In this document: one piece after another, positions 32,865-43,140 of the stretch | Layout of the letters: each line of letters opens with the position of its first letter | Numbering within the stretch: the stretch's first letter is position 1 | Notes under the pieces: model-generated | Told to the model about the DNA's origin: nothing | Seen by the model: only the letters and a program-made list of their open reading frames with translations | Databases searched by the model: none | Program-made: the position numbers and the translations under genes | Assembly (NCBI GenBank): GCA_965262915.1 | Contig: OZ253564.1 | Location: forward strand, 2,784,001-2,848,000 | Length of the DNA: 64,000 bases | Source of the DNA: Candidatus Spongiisociaceae bacterium | GTDB taxonomy: Bacteria; Actinomycetota; Acidimicrobiia; Spongiisociales; Spongiisociaceae | Direction: 5' to 3'

Positions 32865-34193
32865 ATGGCTGAAGAGCCTGTCCTGGATACGCGACGAAGC
32901 AGCTTCCAAGAGAAGACGCTGGGCCTTGTCGAAGAGTTGATCAGGCAAGACACTTCGAACCCTCCTGGCAACGAAGATCGAGCCGCACAACCTCTGAAAC
33001 ACTTCCTCGCGAGGGAAGGGCTTGATGTTGAGTTGATCGAGTCCAGCAGCAGCCGCATGAGCGTCGTTGCCCGAATGCGGGGCGTTTCTGCAAGTGCTGG
33101 GCCGCCGGGGCTTCTGTTGTCCCATCTCGACGTGTCACCTGTGCAACGTTCGTTCTGGTCCACTTCTCCCTTTACCCCCACCGTTCACAGTGGTTATCTC
33201 TGGGGACGCGGAGCGATAGACCTGAAGACTCTGGTGGCAGCCCATGCTGTTGGTTTGGTAGAGTTTGCGCGTGAGAACCCGTCGCCTCACATCGACGTCA
33301 TGCTGTTGGCCGTGGCTGACGAGACGCGTGGCGGCAAGGCGGGCATCCGCTGGATTGAGGAGCATCGGTCAGATATCTTGGACGTCGCCTGGGTCTTGGG
33401 AGAGGGGAGTTTCAGCTATCCAACGCTGCTGGGCAGCAAGGGCCCCGTTTTCACGTACTGTCCGCAAGAAAAGACTGCCCTTTGGCTTGAGTTGGAAGCT
33501 CAAGGCCCCGGTGGGCATTCCTCGGTTCCACGTGAGGCGACTGCTGTGACCAGACTCGTAGGTGCCCTGGCGGCTATCGCGTCTATTCAATCTGCCCGCC
33601 ACGCCGGCCACATACAGGATGATTTCATTGAGTTCATGATGCGTACCTCTGAGTCAGACCGGAGCAGAGTCGAGATGGCGATTGCAGAGTCTCCTGCGTT
33701 TTCGGCAATGTTCAAAGACACGATCAGCATCACGATTGTTGAAGCAGGAATGAAGCCGAGTGTTGTGCCATCGTTGGCGAACGCCACTCTCGATTGTCGA
33801 TTATTACCGGACACGGATCCGAGCCAATTCATTGCCGATCTGGAAAACCTGATCGCGGACTTTGGGGTCAGTGTGACTGAGACCTTCCGAGCCGTCAGCG
33901 GTGCTTCTGACCCAGGGGGGTTGGTACCCCGAGCGCTGGAACGAGCCCTGGCGGCGACTGTCCCAGGCGCTGCGATGGTTCCGGTGGTTTCTGCGGGCTA
34001 TACCGACTTGCGTATGTTCCGAGCGCGGAACATACCCGCCTACGGGTGTCACACCGCGCCTATCACCCTCGAGGATCGGGCCACGATCGCGGGTCACGAT
34101 GAACGGGTGCCGATCCGCAGCCTTGGGGTCGCCGCCGAGATAATCTTCAACTTCCTCGGCGAGGTCAACGCCGATGCGGCTCAGGACGCATGA
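32865..34193 (+). CDS. M20-family metallo-amidohydrolase
   Basis: SNPPGNE, SHLDV, GRGAIDLK, DET, GEG, GGHSS, DCRLLP. Confidence 0.88.
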   Translation: MAEEPVLDTRRSSFQEKTLGLVEELIRQDTSNPPGNEDRAAQPLKHFLAREGLDVELIESSSSRMSVVARMRGVSASAGPPGLLLSHLDVSPVQRSFWSTSPFTPTVHSGYLWGRGAIDLKTLVAAHAVGLVEFARENPSPHIDVMLLAVADETRGGKAGIRWIEEHRSDILDVAWVLGEGSFSYPTLLGSKGPVFTYCPQEKTALWLELEAQGPGGHSSVPREATAVTRLVGALAAIASIQSARHAGHIQDDFIEFMMRTSESDRSRVEMAIAESPAFSAMFKDTISITIVEAGMKPSVVPSLANATLDCRLLPDTDPSQFIADLENLIADFGVSVTETFRAVSGASDPGGLVPRALERALAATVPGAAMVPVVSAGYTDLRMFRARNIPAYGCHTAPITLEDRATIAGHDERVPIRSLGVAAEIIFNFLGEVNADAAQDA

Positions 34194-35323
34194 GCGAGTC
34201 CATACCCTCGACGGAGTCGCGTCCCATTCAGCCTTCGACGGGCGCCAAGATTGAGATAAGAGGTGTTCGGCACAGTTTTGGGGAGGTGCTGGTCCTCGAT
34301 GACTTCGATCTAACTGTCGAACCGGGTGAGTTTCTTACTCTTCTGGGCCCTAGCGGATCGGGAAAGACGACTCTTCTCAGGATCGTCGGCGGACTAACGA
34401 TTCCTGACGAGGGCAGCGTGATCGTGGGGGGTGTTGACATGACACTTCTACCTGCGCGGGAGCGGGGAATGGGATTCGTATTCCAGAACTACGCGCTGTT
34501 TCCTCACATGACGGTCCAGGACAACGTCGCGTTTCCCCTTCAGATTCGCGGGATCTCTTCTGACCAAATTGATCGAGATGTCGAGCGAGCTCTAGAGTTG
34601 GTCAACCTCGAAGGGTTGGGATCCCGTCTCCCCAGAGAACTGAGTGGCGGCCAGCAACAGCGAGTGTCGCTAGCAAGAGCGCTAGTTTTTGGCCCCACGG
34701 TTGTCTTGATGGACGAACCTCTTGGCTCTTTAGATAAGCGATTGCGCCAATACCTCCAGAACTCCATCCGACTCCTTCAGAAGGAGATTGGCTTCACGGC
34801 GGTGTACGTCACTCATGACCAGGAAGAAGCCTTCGCGATGTCAGACCGAATTGTGGTCATTCATGGAGGAGCTGTGCGACAAGTAGGAGTCCCGGAAACC
34901 GTCTACCGCTCCCCGACGGAGCATTTCGTTGCAGACTTCGTTGGAGACATCAACGAGATTGAGGGCGTCTTGCGTCAGTCCGGTCACGGACTTGTCATCG
35001 AAATAGCCGAAGGTAACACCCTGGCAGTGCCGCCATATGTGAGCCGGTCGCTGGGCGAAGGAGACCGCGTGCTTTGCGGCATTCGACCAGAGATGGTCCT
35101 GATCCAAGAAGAGCCGATGGGCAGCCCGCGCTTGCAGGCGACCGTGGAGTTGGTGTCGTTCCACGGAAACTCCTATCGGATCCTGTCTCGTCTCAGAGAT
35201 GGTCACCGCTTCATCGTTGAATCAAGTTCGTCACTGTCGACACCCGACGAAGGCTCAACTGTCTGGCTCCATTGGGACGAGGAACAGACGATTGTCCTCA
35301 TCCCGCCAAACCGGCAACCGTGA
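34190..35323 (+). CDS. ABC ATP-binding protein (PotA-like)
   Basis: GPSGSGKTT, FQNYALFPHM, LSGGQQQR, MDEP, VTHDQEEA, TOBE-like C-terminus. Confidence 0.95.
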   Translation: MSESIPSTESRPIQPSTGAKIEIRGVRHSFGEVLVLDDFDLTVEPGEFLTLLGPSGSGKTTLLRIVGGLTIPDEGSVIVGGVDMTLLPARERGMGFVFQNYALFPHMTVQDNVAFPLQIRGISSDQIDRDVERALELVNLEGLGSRLPRELSGGQQQRVSLARALVFGPTVVLMDEPLGSLDKRLRQYLQNSIRLLQKEIGFTAVYVTHDQEEAFAMSDRIVVIHGGAVRQVGVPETVYRSPTEHFVADFVGDINEIEGVLRQSGHGLVIEIAEGNTLAVPPYVSRSLGEGDRVLCGIRPEMVLIQEEPMGSPRLQATVELVSFHGNSYRILSRLRDGHRFIVESSSSLSTPDEGSTVWLHWDEEQTIVLIPPNRQP

Positions 35324-36198
35324 AGAAACTCGGCTGGCAAAGACGGACTCGGCGGCGTCCATACCGGGACTTCCTTGTTGGCCTAGCTCTATTGCTGCCG
35401 TGCCTGGTCGTCGTTCTGCTCTTTTTTGCATATCCGCTGGTAGGTGTGTTCGTGAGAAGCGTCTCAGACCCGGCTCCAGGCATGAGTAACTACGTTGAGA
35501 TCGTTTCGTCACAGGCCTTTCGCAACATCCTGAGACTGACAGTTGAGATCTCAGTCGTAACAACTGTGGGTTGTTTAGTTCTCGGGTTTCCTGTGGCGTG
35601 GTACATCACGACCCTCGAGAAGAGAAGAGCACAGCTCTTCCTGGTCCTGAGTACTGCTCCGCTATGGGTGGCGATTCTCGCTCGACTCTATGCATGGACA
35701 GTGATTCTTGGGAGAAGAGGGCTCATAAATGACTCGTTAGCGGCTATGGGGCTGGTTCAGGAACCACTCGATCTTCTCTTCAACACTCGAGCAGTTCTCA
35801 TCGGTATGATTCACGTGATGCTGCCATTCATGATCCTTGTTCTCTACTCGTCAATGAACGGAGTGGATGAATCACTAATCGAAAGTGCCGATAGCCTCGG
35901 GGCTCGCCCTCGGCAGACTTTCTTGCGGATATACCTGCCCCTCATTAGCCCTGGGTTGATTGCCGGGTCATTACTGGTCCTGATCATGTCTATGGGTTTC
36001 TTCATTCTTCCAGCCGTCTTGGGCGGCGGGGGAGACATCACCATTCCCATATATGTGCTGACGCAGATACGTCTCTTCAAATGGGGGATCGCCAGCGCAA
36101 TGAGCATGATCCTGCTGATCGTGACCCTTGCTCTCTTCGCTTTGCTAACCAAGGTGTTCGATCCCAGAAGTGTGGTAGTTGGAGGTAGCAGACGTTGA
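35320..36198 (+). CDS. ABC permease (PotB-like)
   Basis: ARLYAW, GLIN, HVMLPFMIL, ESADSLGA; GTGA overlap. Confidence 0.92.
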   Translation: MKKLGWQRRTRRRPYRDFLVGLALLLPCLVVVLLFFAYPLVGVFVRSVSDPAPGMSNYVEIVSSQAFRNILRLTVEISVVTTVGCLVLGFPVAWYITTLEKRRAQLFLVLSTAPLWVAILARLYAWTVILGRRGLINDSLAAMGLVQEPLDLLFNTRAVLIGMIHVMLPFMILVLYSSMNGVDESLIESADSLGARPRQTFLRIYLPLISPGLIAGSLLVLIMSMGFFILPAVLGGGGDITIPIYVLTQIRLFKWGIASAMSMILLIVTLALFALLTKVFDPRSVVVGGSRR

Positions 36199-36998
36199 GG
36201 CTGGGCAAGATAGGTCAACGCATATTGGCCATTTCGGCCAACACCGTGGTCGCCTTCCTGATTCTGCCGATTTTGGTTGTGATTCCGTTGTCCTTCACAC
36301 CGGGGACAGTCTTCGACTTTCCACCGGACGGCCTCTCTCTCAGGTGGTACCAAGACTTCTTCGGCGACGAACGCTGGATCAATGCCACTTGGTTGAGCAT
36401 CAGACTTGGCGTGGCAGTCGCTATCACCTCGACGGCTCTTGGCTTGCTCGCGGCCATTGCCCTCACCCGATACGTCAAGAGGGGGGCATTCCTGGTGCGC
36501 GGTCTTCTCGTTGCACCGCTCATCGTTCCACCGATAGTCACTGCTGTTGCCGTCTTCGACATATACGTGAGGGTGGGGCTTCTCCGCACATTCCCAGGGC
36601 TGGTTGTTGCTCACACGATCCTGGCCCTACCGTTTTCCGTTCTTCTCATCGAGAGTGCGCTCAGAGCCGTCGACTTCGGTCCGTTCGAAGCAGCGCTCAG
36701 CCTCGGCGCCACGAACCGGCGGGCCTGGCGGATGGTCGTACTTCCAGGGATCACTCCCGCTCTCTTGGCTTCTGCCGTCTTCTCATTCCTCATTTCGTGG
36801 GATGAAGTGGTACTCGTGGTCTTCATCGGCGGAGCGAGATCACAGACGCTACCTCTACGCATGTTCGAGTTCATTGAGACACAAATCCGACCCACATTGG
36901 CAGCCATTTCAAGTCTTATCGTCTATGTGATAGCGGCGGTTTTGACTATCGCCTATCTTCGGTCCCGTCGGTCGATATCATCCCCTGACCGCACCTAG
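36195..36998 (+). CDS. ABC permease (PotC-like)
   Basis: SLRWY, PLIVPPIV, EAALSLGA, SWDEV, TLPL. Confidence 0.92.
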   Translation: MRLGKIGQRILAISANTVVAFLILPILVVIPLSFTPGTVFDFPPDGLSLRWYQDFFGDERWINATWLSIRLGVAVAITSTALGLLAAIALTRYVKRGAFLVRGLLVAPLIVPPIVTAVAVFDIYVRVGLLRTFPGLVVAHTILALPFSVLLIESALRAVDFGPFEAALSLGATNRRAWRMVVLPGITPALLASAVFSFLISWDEVVLVVFIGGARSQTLPLRMFEFIETQIRPTLAAISSLIVYVIAAVLTIAYLRSRRSISSPDRT

Positions 36999-38029
36999 CC
37001 GCCCGATCCATTGTCATCAAGCAGCGGCATCAGTCGGCGTGAGGTCAACTCGAGATGTTCCATGGCGGCGTCGTGGGGCACACCAGGAAGCCGATGCCAG
37101 AAGGCCAAATCATGCCAAGGAGCGTTCTCGTGGGTCGCACGTAGTCTCCGGGCAAGATCCTCCGGTGTACCCACCAGTACACCCTGCCTGAGCGCCTTTG
37201 AAGTCATGCCCTCAAGGGCATCCTCATGTCCTGACCACTCGAGATACTTCTGTTGCCGGTAAGCCAGGGCAGGCTCAATCGTTGTGTCCCACGCGCGCTC
37301 AGGGTCGTCGGTCGCCCATAGGACGACGCCTACTCCGAAAAAGAAGCTATTGAGGTCTCTTTCGTAGTGTTGTAGGGCGGGGATCAACTTCTCGGCGTAG
37401 AATGCTGGGAGGTTCCGCTCTGGAGCTATGTAGTCGTATGGAAGGCATCCGTCCGCCATCCGCACGGCCCGGTGCACAGCAGGCGAGGAAAGGCCTCCGT
37501 AGTAGATGGGCAGGTTATCCTGAGCAGGGCGAGGGCTAATCGGGACCGGCTGTCCATCCTTACCGTCGTTCAGTACTCCGGTAGTGAACGCTGTTCGGAG
37601 GGCCCGAAGGGCACTCTCCGCCCTTCGGCCTCTCGTAGATGGAGAAACACCGAAGACGTCGAACTGGGCAGTCCGACCGCCTGCTCCAACACCGAGTTCC
37701 AGCCGACCTGAAGACAAGAGATCAACGACAGCAGCCTGTTCGGCAATCACCCGCGGATTGTGTAGAGGCAAAGGGATGGCATACGTCATCAGCCTTATGG
37801 TGTTGGTCACTGCAGCGACTGCTGCCAAGACGGTCAGAGGAGCGGCTGCCATCCCGTCGTCGTGCCCATGAGATTCGGGTATGCGAACTGTTCGAAACCC
37901 AAGCGAGTCCGCGAACCTGACCTCCTCCAAACACTGGTCATAGTGCGTCACCCAGTCTTCACATCCAGGACCCGGACGCAGGTCCGTCATGATGCTGAGT
38001 GTGAAGGCAGTCTGTGGTACCGACAACAT
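36995..38029 (-). CDS. LLM-class (luciferase-like) flavin/F420-dependent oxidoreductase
   Basis: ADSLGF..PESHG, LAAVAAVTNTIRL, PLHNPRVIAEQAAVVDLLSSGRLELGVGAG. Confidence 0.9.
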   Translation of the reverse strand: MLSVPQTAFTLSIMTDLRPGPGCEDWVTHYDQCLEEVRFADSLGFRTVRIPESHGHDDGMAAAPLTVLAAVAAVTNTIRLMTYAIPLPLHNPRVIAEQAAVVDLLSSGRLELGVGAGGRTAQFDVFGVSPSTRGRRAESALRALRTAFTTGVLNDGKDGQPVPISPRPAQDNLPIYYGGLSSPAVHRAVRMADGCLPYDYIAPERNLPAFYAEKLIPALQHYERDLNSFFFGVGVVLWATDDPERAWDTTIEPALAYRQQKYLEWSGHEDALEGMTSKALRQGVLVGTPEDLARRLRATHENAPWHDLAFWHRLPGVPHDAAMEHLELTSRRLMPLLDDNGSGG

Positions 38030-38116
38030 GTTCAGATTTCGCCTCCTGTTGACATTCTCATCTCGAATGTTGGAGGATAGTCTTGAATATTGGATTGCGG
38101 CGAGGATGTGATACGA

Positions 38117-39568
38117 ATGCTGAGTGAAGCCGAGTACGTGGCGCTTGATGCCCAGAGCGCTGTGGAGCTTGTCGAATCGGGGGAAGTGCAACCCGGAGAA
38201 TTGCTGGACGCCGCGCTTGCTCGTACCCAAGCGGTCAATCCTCAGATCAATGCGGTGGTCGCGATCTATGAGGAACTGGCTCGAGAGTCAGTACAACGAT
38301 TGCCGGGAGTATCCACGGGGGTGTTGCACGGGGTCCCCTTTCTTCTCAAAGATCTGAGGGTGAATATGAAGGGGACAGTCACGAGCAACGGAAGTCGGCT
38401 GTATGGCGATGCATATGCAGACGGGGACAGCGAGATCGTTCGTCGCTTCAAGGCTGCGGGCCTCGTTACATTCGGCAAGACCAATACACCGGAGCTTGGG
38501 CTCAACATCACCACAGAGCCATTGGCCCATGGCCCGACCAAAAACCCGTGGAACCTGAGCCTGACGGCCGGAGGTTCCAGCGGAGGTTCCGCGGCAGCTG
38601 TGGCAGCTGGCATCGCTCCGATCGCTCATGCGAGTGACGGAGGAGGCTCGATTCGAATACCAGCTTCATGCTGCGGCGTCTTTGGTTTGAAGCCAACACG
38701 CGGTCGAACGCCCTCAGGTCCGGAGGTTGGCGACGTGTGGAGCGGTCTCAGCGTCGAGGGAGTCATCAGTAGAACTGTCAGAGACACTGCCGTTGTCCTT
38801 GACAGTATCGCTGGACCAGCGCCGGGAGACCCATACTGGGCACCCCCTATGGAGAGGCCACTACTCGATGCCGCCCGCTCGCTAGGCGGGAAGGCACTCC
38901 GGATCGGGTTTTCCGTGGACGCTACGTCAGGGGTTGCCGTCGACGACGCATGCAAGCAAGCCGTTGTTCTAGCCATGGAGGTGTGCGAACGGCTCGGCCA
39001 TCATGTGGAGGAACGTCCGTTTGCTTACTCTGCGGAAGACCTCGGACAGAGCTTTCGAACGATCGTGGGAGCTCATGTCCTAGTCGACCTTGAGAACCGG
39101 GCCGCAGAAATTGGTAGGGCGCTGTCGGATGATATGGTCGAGCATGCCGTCGCGCGTCGAGCATCCTACGGTGCCGAACTCTCTGCTGCAGACTATGCGC
39201 GAGCCTTGATGGAGATCCAGAGAATCGGTCGTGCTGCGGGAGAGTTCTTCGAAGGCGTGGATGTCTACGTGACCCCAACGCTTGCAAAGGTCCCGCAGCC
39301 CCTCGGAACCTTTGACGCAGATTCTGAAGATGTTGACGAATTCCAAAGGAGAGTGTGGGAGTTCATACCCTTCACCGCCGTCTGGAACATCACCGGACAA
39401 CCTGCCATGTCAGTTCCTATCTATTGGACTGATTCGGGCGAGCCTGTAGGGGTGCAGTTTGCCGCACGCCTCGGGTCTGAAGTAACCCTGGTGAGCCTGG
39501 CTTCCCAGATTGAGGAAGCCGCTCCGTGGATATGGCGGTATCAAGGTCTCTTTCCACCTGTTTCGTAA
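38117..39568 (+). CDS. Amidase-signature family enzyme
   Basis: [34 protein letters not shown] (Lys-cisSer-Ser triad). Confidence 0.95.
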   Translation: MLSEAEYVALDAQSAVELVESGEVQPGELLDAALARTQAVNPQINAVVAIYEELARESVQRLPGVSTGVLHGVPFLLKDLRVNMKGTVTSNGSRLYGDAYADGDSEIVRRFKAAGLVTFGKTNTPELGLNITTEPLAHGPTKNPWNLSLTAGGSSGGSAAAVAAGIAPIAHASDGGGSIRIPASCCGVFGLKPTRGRTPSGPEVGDVWSGLSVEGVISRTVRDTAVVLDSIAGPAPGDPYWAPPMERPLLDAARSLGGKALRIGFSVDATSGVAVDDACKQAVVLAMEVCERLGHHVEERPFAYSAEDLGQSFRTIVGAHVLVDLENRAAEIGRALSDDMVEHAVARRASYGAELSAADYARALMEIQRIGRAAGEFFEGVDVYVTPTLAKVPQPLGTFDADSEDVDEFQRRVWEFIPFTAVWNITGQPAMSVPIYWTDSGEPVGVQFAARLGSEVTLVSLASQIEEAAPWIWRYQGLFPPVS

Positions 39569-39576
39569 CGTCGGGC

Positions 39577-39966
39577 TCATCCCTGTTTAGGTGGCAGGTT
39601 CGCTCTCACCCAACTCACAATGTCTCGCGACGGTGTGCCCGGGGTGAAGACGGTAATCCCATTGTTCGCCAGAACTGCGATGTCACCATCGCTGATGATG
39701 CCTCCGCCAAACACCACAACCGATTCTGCGTCTCGGCTGTCCAGCCTCTCACGCACCTTTTTTAATATTGTCATATAAGCACCCGATAGGACGTCGATCC
39801 CTATGGCGTCGACGTCCTATCGGATCGCGGTTTCAACGACGTTCTCGGCGGATTGGTGAAGGCCCGTATAAATGACTTCATGGCCAGCATCCCTCAAGAC
39901 GCGCGCGACGATTGTCGCTCCCCTATCGTGCCCGTCAAGTCCGACCTAGGCTACGAGTATCCGCAC
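39577..39966 (-). pseudogene. Cobalamin-binding small subunit of acyl-CoA mutase with two in-frame TAG codons
   Basis: RBS GAGGAG, GTG 39966: [16 protein letters not shown]...EVIYTGLHQ...AIR*DVDAIG..LSG...GGGII...FTPGT; DxHxxG intact. Confidence 0.88.
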
Positions 39967-39979
39967 AGGTTGACTCTCC

Positions 39980-41530
39980 TCATCGACTCCCGGTTGTCTG
40001 GATCAGGTCCCTCAGATCCTTCTTCAGGATCTTGCCCGTGGGTCCTTTAGGGATAGAGTCAACGAAGATATATTCTCGCGGTTTCTTGTAGCCGGCGAGC
40101 ATCGTACGGCTGAGCTCGTCAAGTTCCGCCTTAGTCGATTCGGGCACAGACCCTGTGGATATGAATGCGACCACTCTCTCGCCCCAACGATTATCCCGGA
40201 CGCCGATGACGGCAGCCTCGATTACATCGGCGTGCTGTGACAAAACGCGCTCCACTTCGGCTGGATATACGTTTAAGCCACCGCTGATGATCAGGTCTCG
40301 TTTCCGGTCCACGATGTAGACAAACCCGTCCTCATCCTTCCATCCAACATCCCCAGTGCGGTATGCACTTTCGTCCAGTACTTCATCCGTTGCCTCCTGA
40401 TTGTTGAGATAGCCGGTCATCACAGTCTCGCCGCTAACAATCAACTCCCCAGATTCCCGCGGAGCAACTGTTTCACCGGCTTCATTGACAACTGATACCG
40501 ATGTCAGGAGTGACTCCCTACCTGCTGATGCCAGCAGAGTTCGTTCGTCAAGAGCACGTCTGTGGTCAGCTTTGCTGAGTACGGTCACCGGATGCGGAGC
40601 CTCGCAAGAGCCATAAACCTGTATGAATATCGGTCCAAACATGTCGATCGCAGATGTCATGACGTCCGCGTCGAGTGGCGCGCCCCCGTAGACGATTGAT
40701 CGCAGAGATGGCGGGATGTTGGCGCCGTTGTTAACGGCCTCTACAAGCATGGCAATCATGGTCGGGACAACGAACGTGGATGTCCCGCCGACACGGTTGA
40801 CCTCAGCGAAGAAGGAGTTTGGATCAAAGCGAGGCATAGCGATGTTGCGAACTCCTCGGAGTAGGTTTGGCAAAACCTTGGAGCCTGACCCGTGAGCTAG
40901 CGAACCTACATGCACCATGCCATCACCCGGGCTGATCTCCATCTCGCTAGCAAGCATGTTGACAACTGAGGCGGTTCTGCTCCGCAGTGAAGCCACTGCC
41001 CCTTTAGGTCGCCCGGTTGTGCCAGAGGTGTAGAGGATGACACTCGCTTCCGATCCGTTCATCGGGGGTACCGTGAACCGTTCGCTGGCGTTAGCAAGAG
41101 CAGCTTCGTATCCGTCGGGTTCGTCGCTCCCCACAATCATTGCACTGTGCAAGGGCCCGTCACCCGAGACTGCAATGCGCGCGAACTCAGCGTGAGCTTT
41201 GTCGGTCAGCAGAATCTGAGCCTGCGAGTCCCGGAGTATGTAATCGCTTTCATCGCTGGACAACCGGGTATTGATTGGTACCTTGGTATTTCCTGACCGG
41301 ATAATTGCGACGTCAGCTTCTATGTATTCCAGGCAGTTGTCGAGGAGAATTGCGACCACACCGGTATCATTCGTGGTCATCCCCGCGAGCGCGTTGGCAA
41401 GGCGGCCGGTCCGATTGCGAAGCTGCGCGTATGTCTCCTCTCGGTCTCCATCCACTACAGCAGGCGCCGGTCCGTAAGAGGCTAAGGCACGCTCGACGTT
41501 GATATTCAGTGTCGAGCTGATCAACGGCAT
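39980..41530 (-). CDS. Acyl-CoA synthetase (AMP-forming)
   Basis: YTSGTTGRPKG, QVYGSCE, YRTGD, DRKRDLIISGGLNVYPAEVE, GKILK. Confidence 0.95.
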   Translation of the reverse strand: MPLISSTLNINVERALASYGPAPAVVDGDREETYAQLRNRTGRLANALAGMTTNDTGVVAILLDNCLEYIEADVAIIRSGNTKVPINTRLSSDESDYILRDSQAQILLTDKAHAEFARIAVSGDGPLHSAMIVGSDEPDGYEAALANASERFTVPPMNGSEASVILYTSGTTGRPKGAVASLRSRTASVVNMLASEMEISPGDGMVHVGSLAHGSGSKVLPNLLRGVRNIAMPRFDPNSFFAEVNRVGGTSTFVVPTMIAMLVEAVNNGANIPPSLRSIVYGGAPLDADVMTSAIDMFGPIFIQVYGSCEAPHPVTVLSKADHRRALDERTLLASAGRESLLTSVSVVNEAGETVAPRESGELIVSGETVMTGYLNNQEATDEVLDESAYRTGDVGWKDEDGFVYIVDRKRDLIISGGLNVYPAEVERVLSQHADVIEAAVIGVRDNRWGERVVAFISTGSVPESTKAELDELSRTMLAGYKKPREYIFVDSIPKGPTGKILKKDLRDLIQTTGSR

Positions 41531-43140
41531 GAGCCCCATTCGGCCTTGAGTGTCTCCACGACCTCGCCGACTGTTACTCCCTGAGTCACTGCCTCGAGAA
41601 TCGGCTCCACTGTGTTGCCGCCGTCTTGGGCGTGTTTGCGCAGTGCCTTGAGCGCTTCCAACGCCTTGGCGGAGTCCCTCTCAGCTCTAAGTCGCCGCAG
41701 CTTCTCGACCTGCTCGGCCTCCCGCGAGGCGGGTGATCCGGAGACTTCGATGGATTGATCATCCGCGCCGCCGAACAGATTCACTCCCACTCTTGGCTTC
41801 TCTCCTGATTCGAGACGGGCCTGCTGCCGGAAGGCTTCATTCTCTATCTCAGAGTGAAGCCAACCCGATTCAAGGGCTACCAGCGCTCCTCCTTGCTGCT
41901 CTATCAGTGAGATGTATGCCTCAATCCTCGCTTCCATTTCTTGTGTCAGAGCCTCGACGTAGTAGGAGCCGCCGAGGGGGTCAGCGGTCTTCGCAACGCC
42001 CGTTTCGAACGCGATGATCTGCTGAGAGCGAAGCGAGAGCCGCGCAGCGGCGCTCGTTGGGATTCGGAACGCTTCGTCGTAGGAAGATGTGGCCAGGGTC
42101 TGGACACCCCCCAACACAGCTCCTAAGGCTTCGAAAGCGATCCGTGCCACGTTGTTCAGGGGTTCGGCTGCTGCCAATGACCCGCCGAGTGTGTAGGCGA
42201 AGAAGTTGAGGGCCATGCTCTCGGGGAGTTCGGCGCCGAACCTGTCTCGCATCGCACGCGCCCAGATGCGTCGAGTAGCCCGAAATTTGGCCGCCTCCTC
42301 AAATATCTCGATGTCGGCGGAGAGGAACATGAATAACCGGTGGGCAAAGTCGTCGATATTGAGCCCCCGGTCTATTGAAGCGGATATGTACTCGAAGGCA
42401 TTGGCTATGGCTATTGCAACTTCTTGAGTGGCGTTGGAGCCTGCATCTCGAATGTGGTAGCCGCAGAACTCGATGGGTTCCCAATGTGGGAGGTGCCGAG
42501 CGCAGTACTCCACAACATCAATCGAGAACTCCAAGCCGTGCCTTGGCGGGAAGATCTGCGTGCCCCTGGCCAGATACTCCTTAAGCGAGTCGTTTTGAAG
42601 CATCACGCGAAAGTCCTCAGGTTTGTAGCCGTGAACTCGCGCGGCAGCCACAAAAAGAGCAACCGCTATGGGTCCTATTGAGTTTGCTGTTGTGCGGATT
42701 TGACTAACAGCGGTCAGATCGATCTTGTCTAGAATCTCAACCATGTCATCCAGGGAGCTGATGGGAGCCCCCACTTTTCCCACCTCGCCCTCCGCCAATG
42801 GATGATCGGCGTCAAGTCCATTCTGGGTTGGGAGGTCAAGTGCAATCGAGAATCCGGCCTGCCCGCTATCCAGGAGAGATCTGATGCGCGCGTTCGTCTC
42901 CCGAGGGCTGGTGTAGCCGGAGTACTGGCCCATGACCCACAGACTTGAGCGGTATCCATCCTCGGTGATTCCTCGACCGAAAGGGAACTCCCCCGGAGCT
43001 TCAAGCTGGTCGGCTAGGTCGACCTGTTGATAGCTTTTCTCGACGGGAATACCAGCATTGGTCGTCGAGAAAAGAGCCTCGAGGTCAAGGCCGTTGCTGC
43101 GTATTCCGTGGTTCTTGGATACCCGAGATGATTCAGTCAA
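41521..43140 (-). CDS. B12-dependent acyl-CoA mutase large subunit (methylmalonyl-CoA mutase family, atypical)
   Basis: PGEFPFGRG, DLPTQ.G.D, GEVGKVG, QNDSLKE, GYHIRDAG, AKFRA, SYDEA, DPLGGSYYVE. Confidence 0.93.
   Translation of the reverse strand: MTESSRVSKNHGIRSNGLDLEALFSTTNAGIPVEKSYQQVDLADQLEAPGEFPFGRGITEDGYRSSLWVMGQYSGYTSPRETNARIRSLLDSGQAGFSIALDLPTQNGLDADHPLAEGEVGKVGAPISSLDDMVEILDKIDLTAVSQIRTTANSIGPIAVALFVAAARVHGYKPEDFRVMLQNDSLKEYLARGTQIFPPRHGLEFSIDVVEYCARHLPHWEPIEFCGYHIRDAGSNATQEVAIAIANAFEYISASIDRGLNIDDFAHRLFMFLSADIEIFEEAAKFRATRRIWARAMRDRFGAELPESMALNFFAYTLGGSLAAAEPLNNVARIAFEALGAVLGGVQTLATSSYDEAFRIPTSAAARLSLRSQQIIAFETGVAKTADPLGGSYYVEALTQEMEARIEAYISLIEQQGGALVALESGWLHSEIENEAFRQQARLESGEKPRVGVNLFGGADDQSIEVSGSPASREAEQVEKLRRLRAERDSAKALEALKALRKHAQDGGNTVEPILEAVTQGVTVGEVVETLKAEWGSCR

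Noticed and set aside
39577-39966. Genome-wide TAG reassignment or pyrrolysine
   Set aside because: TAG terminates intact genes here (e.g. 2327, 7641, 31646, 36998); no pyl genes in the window
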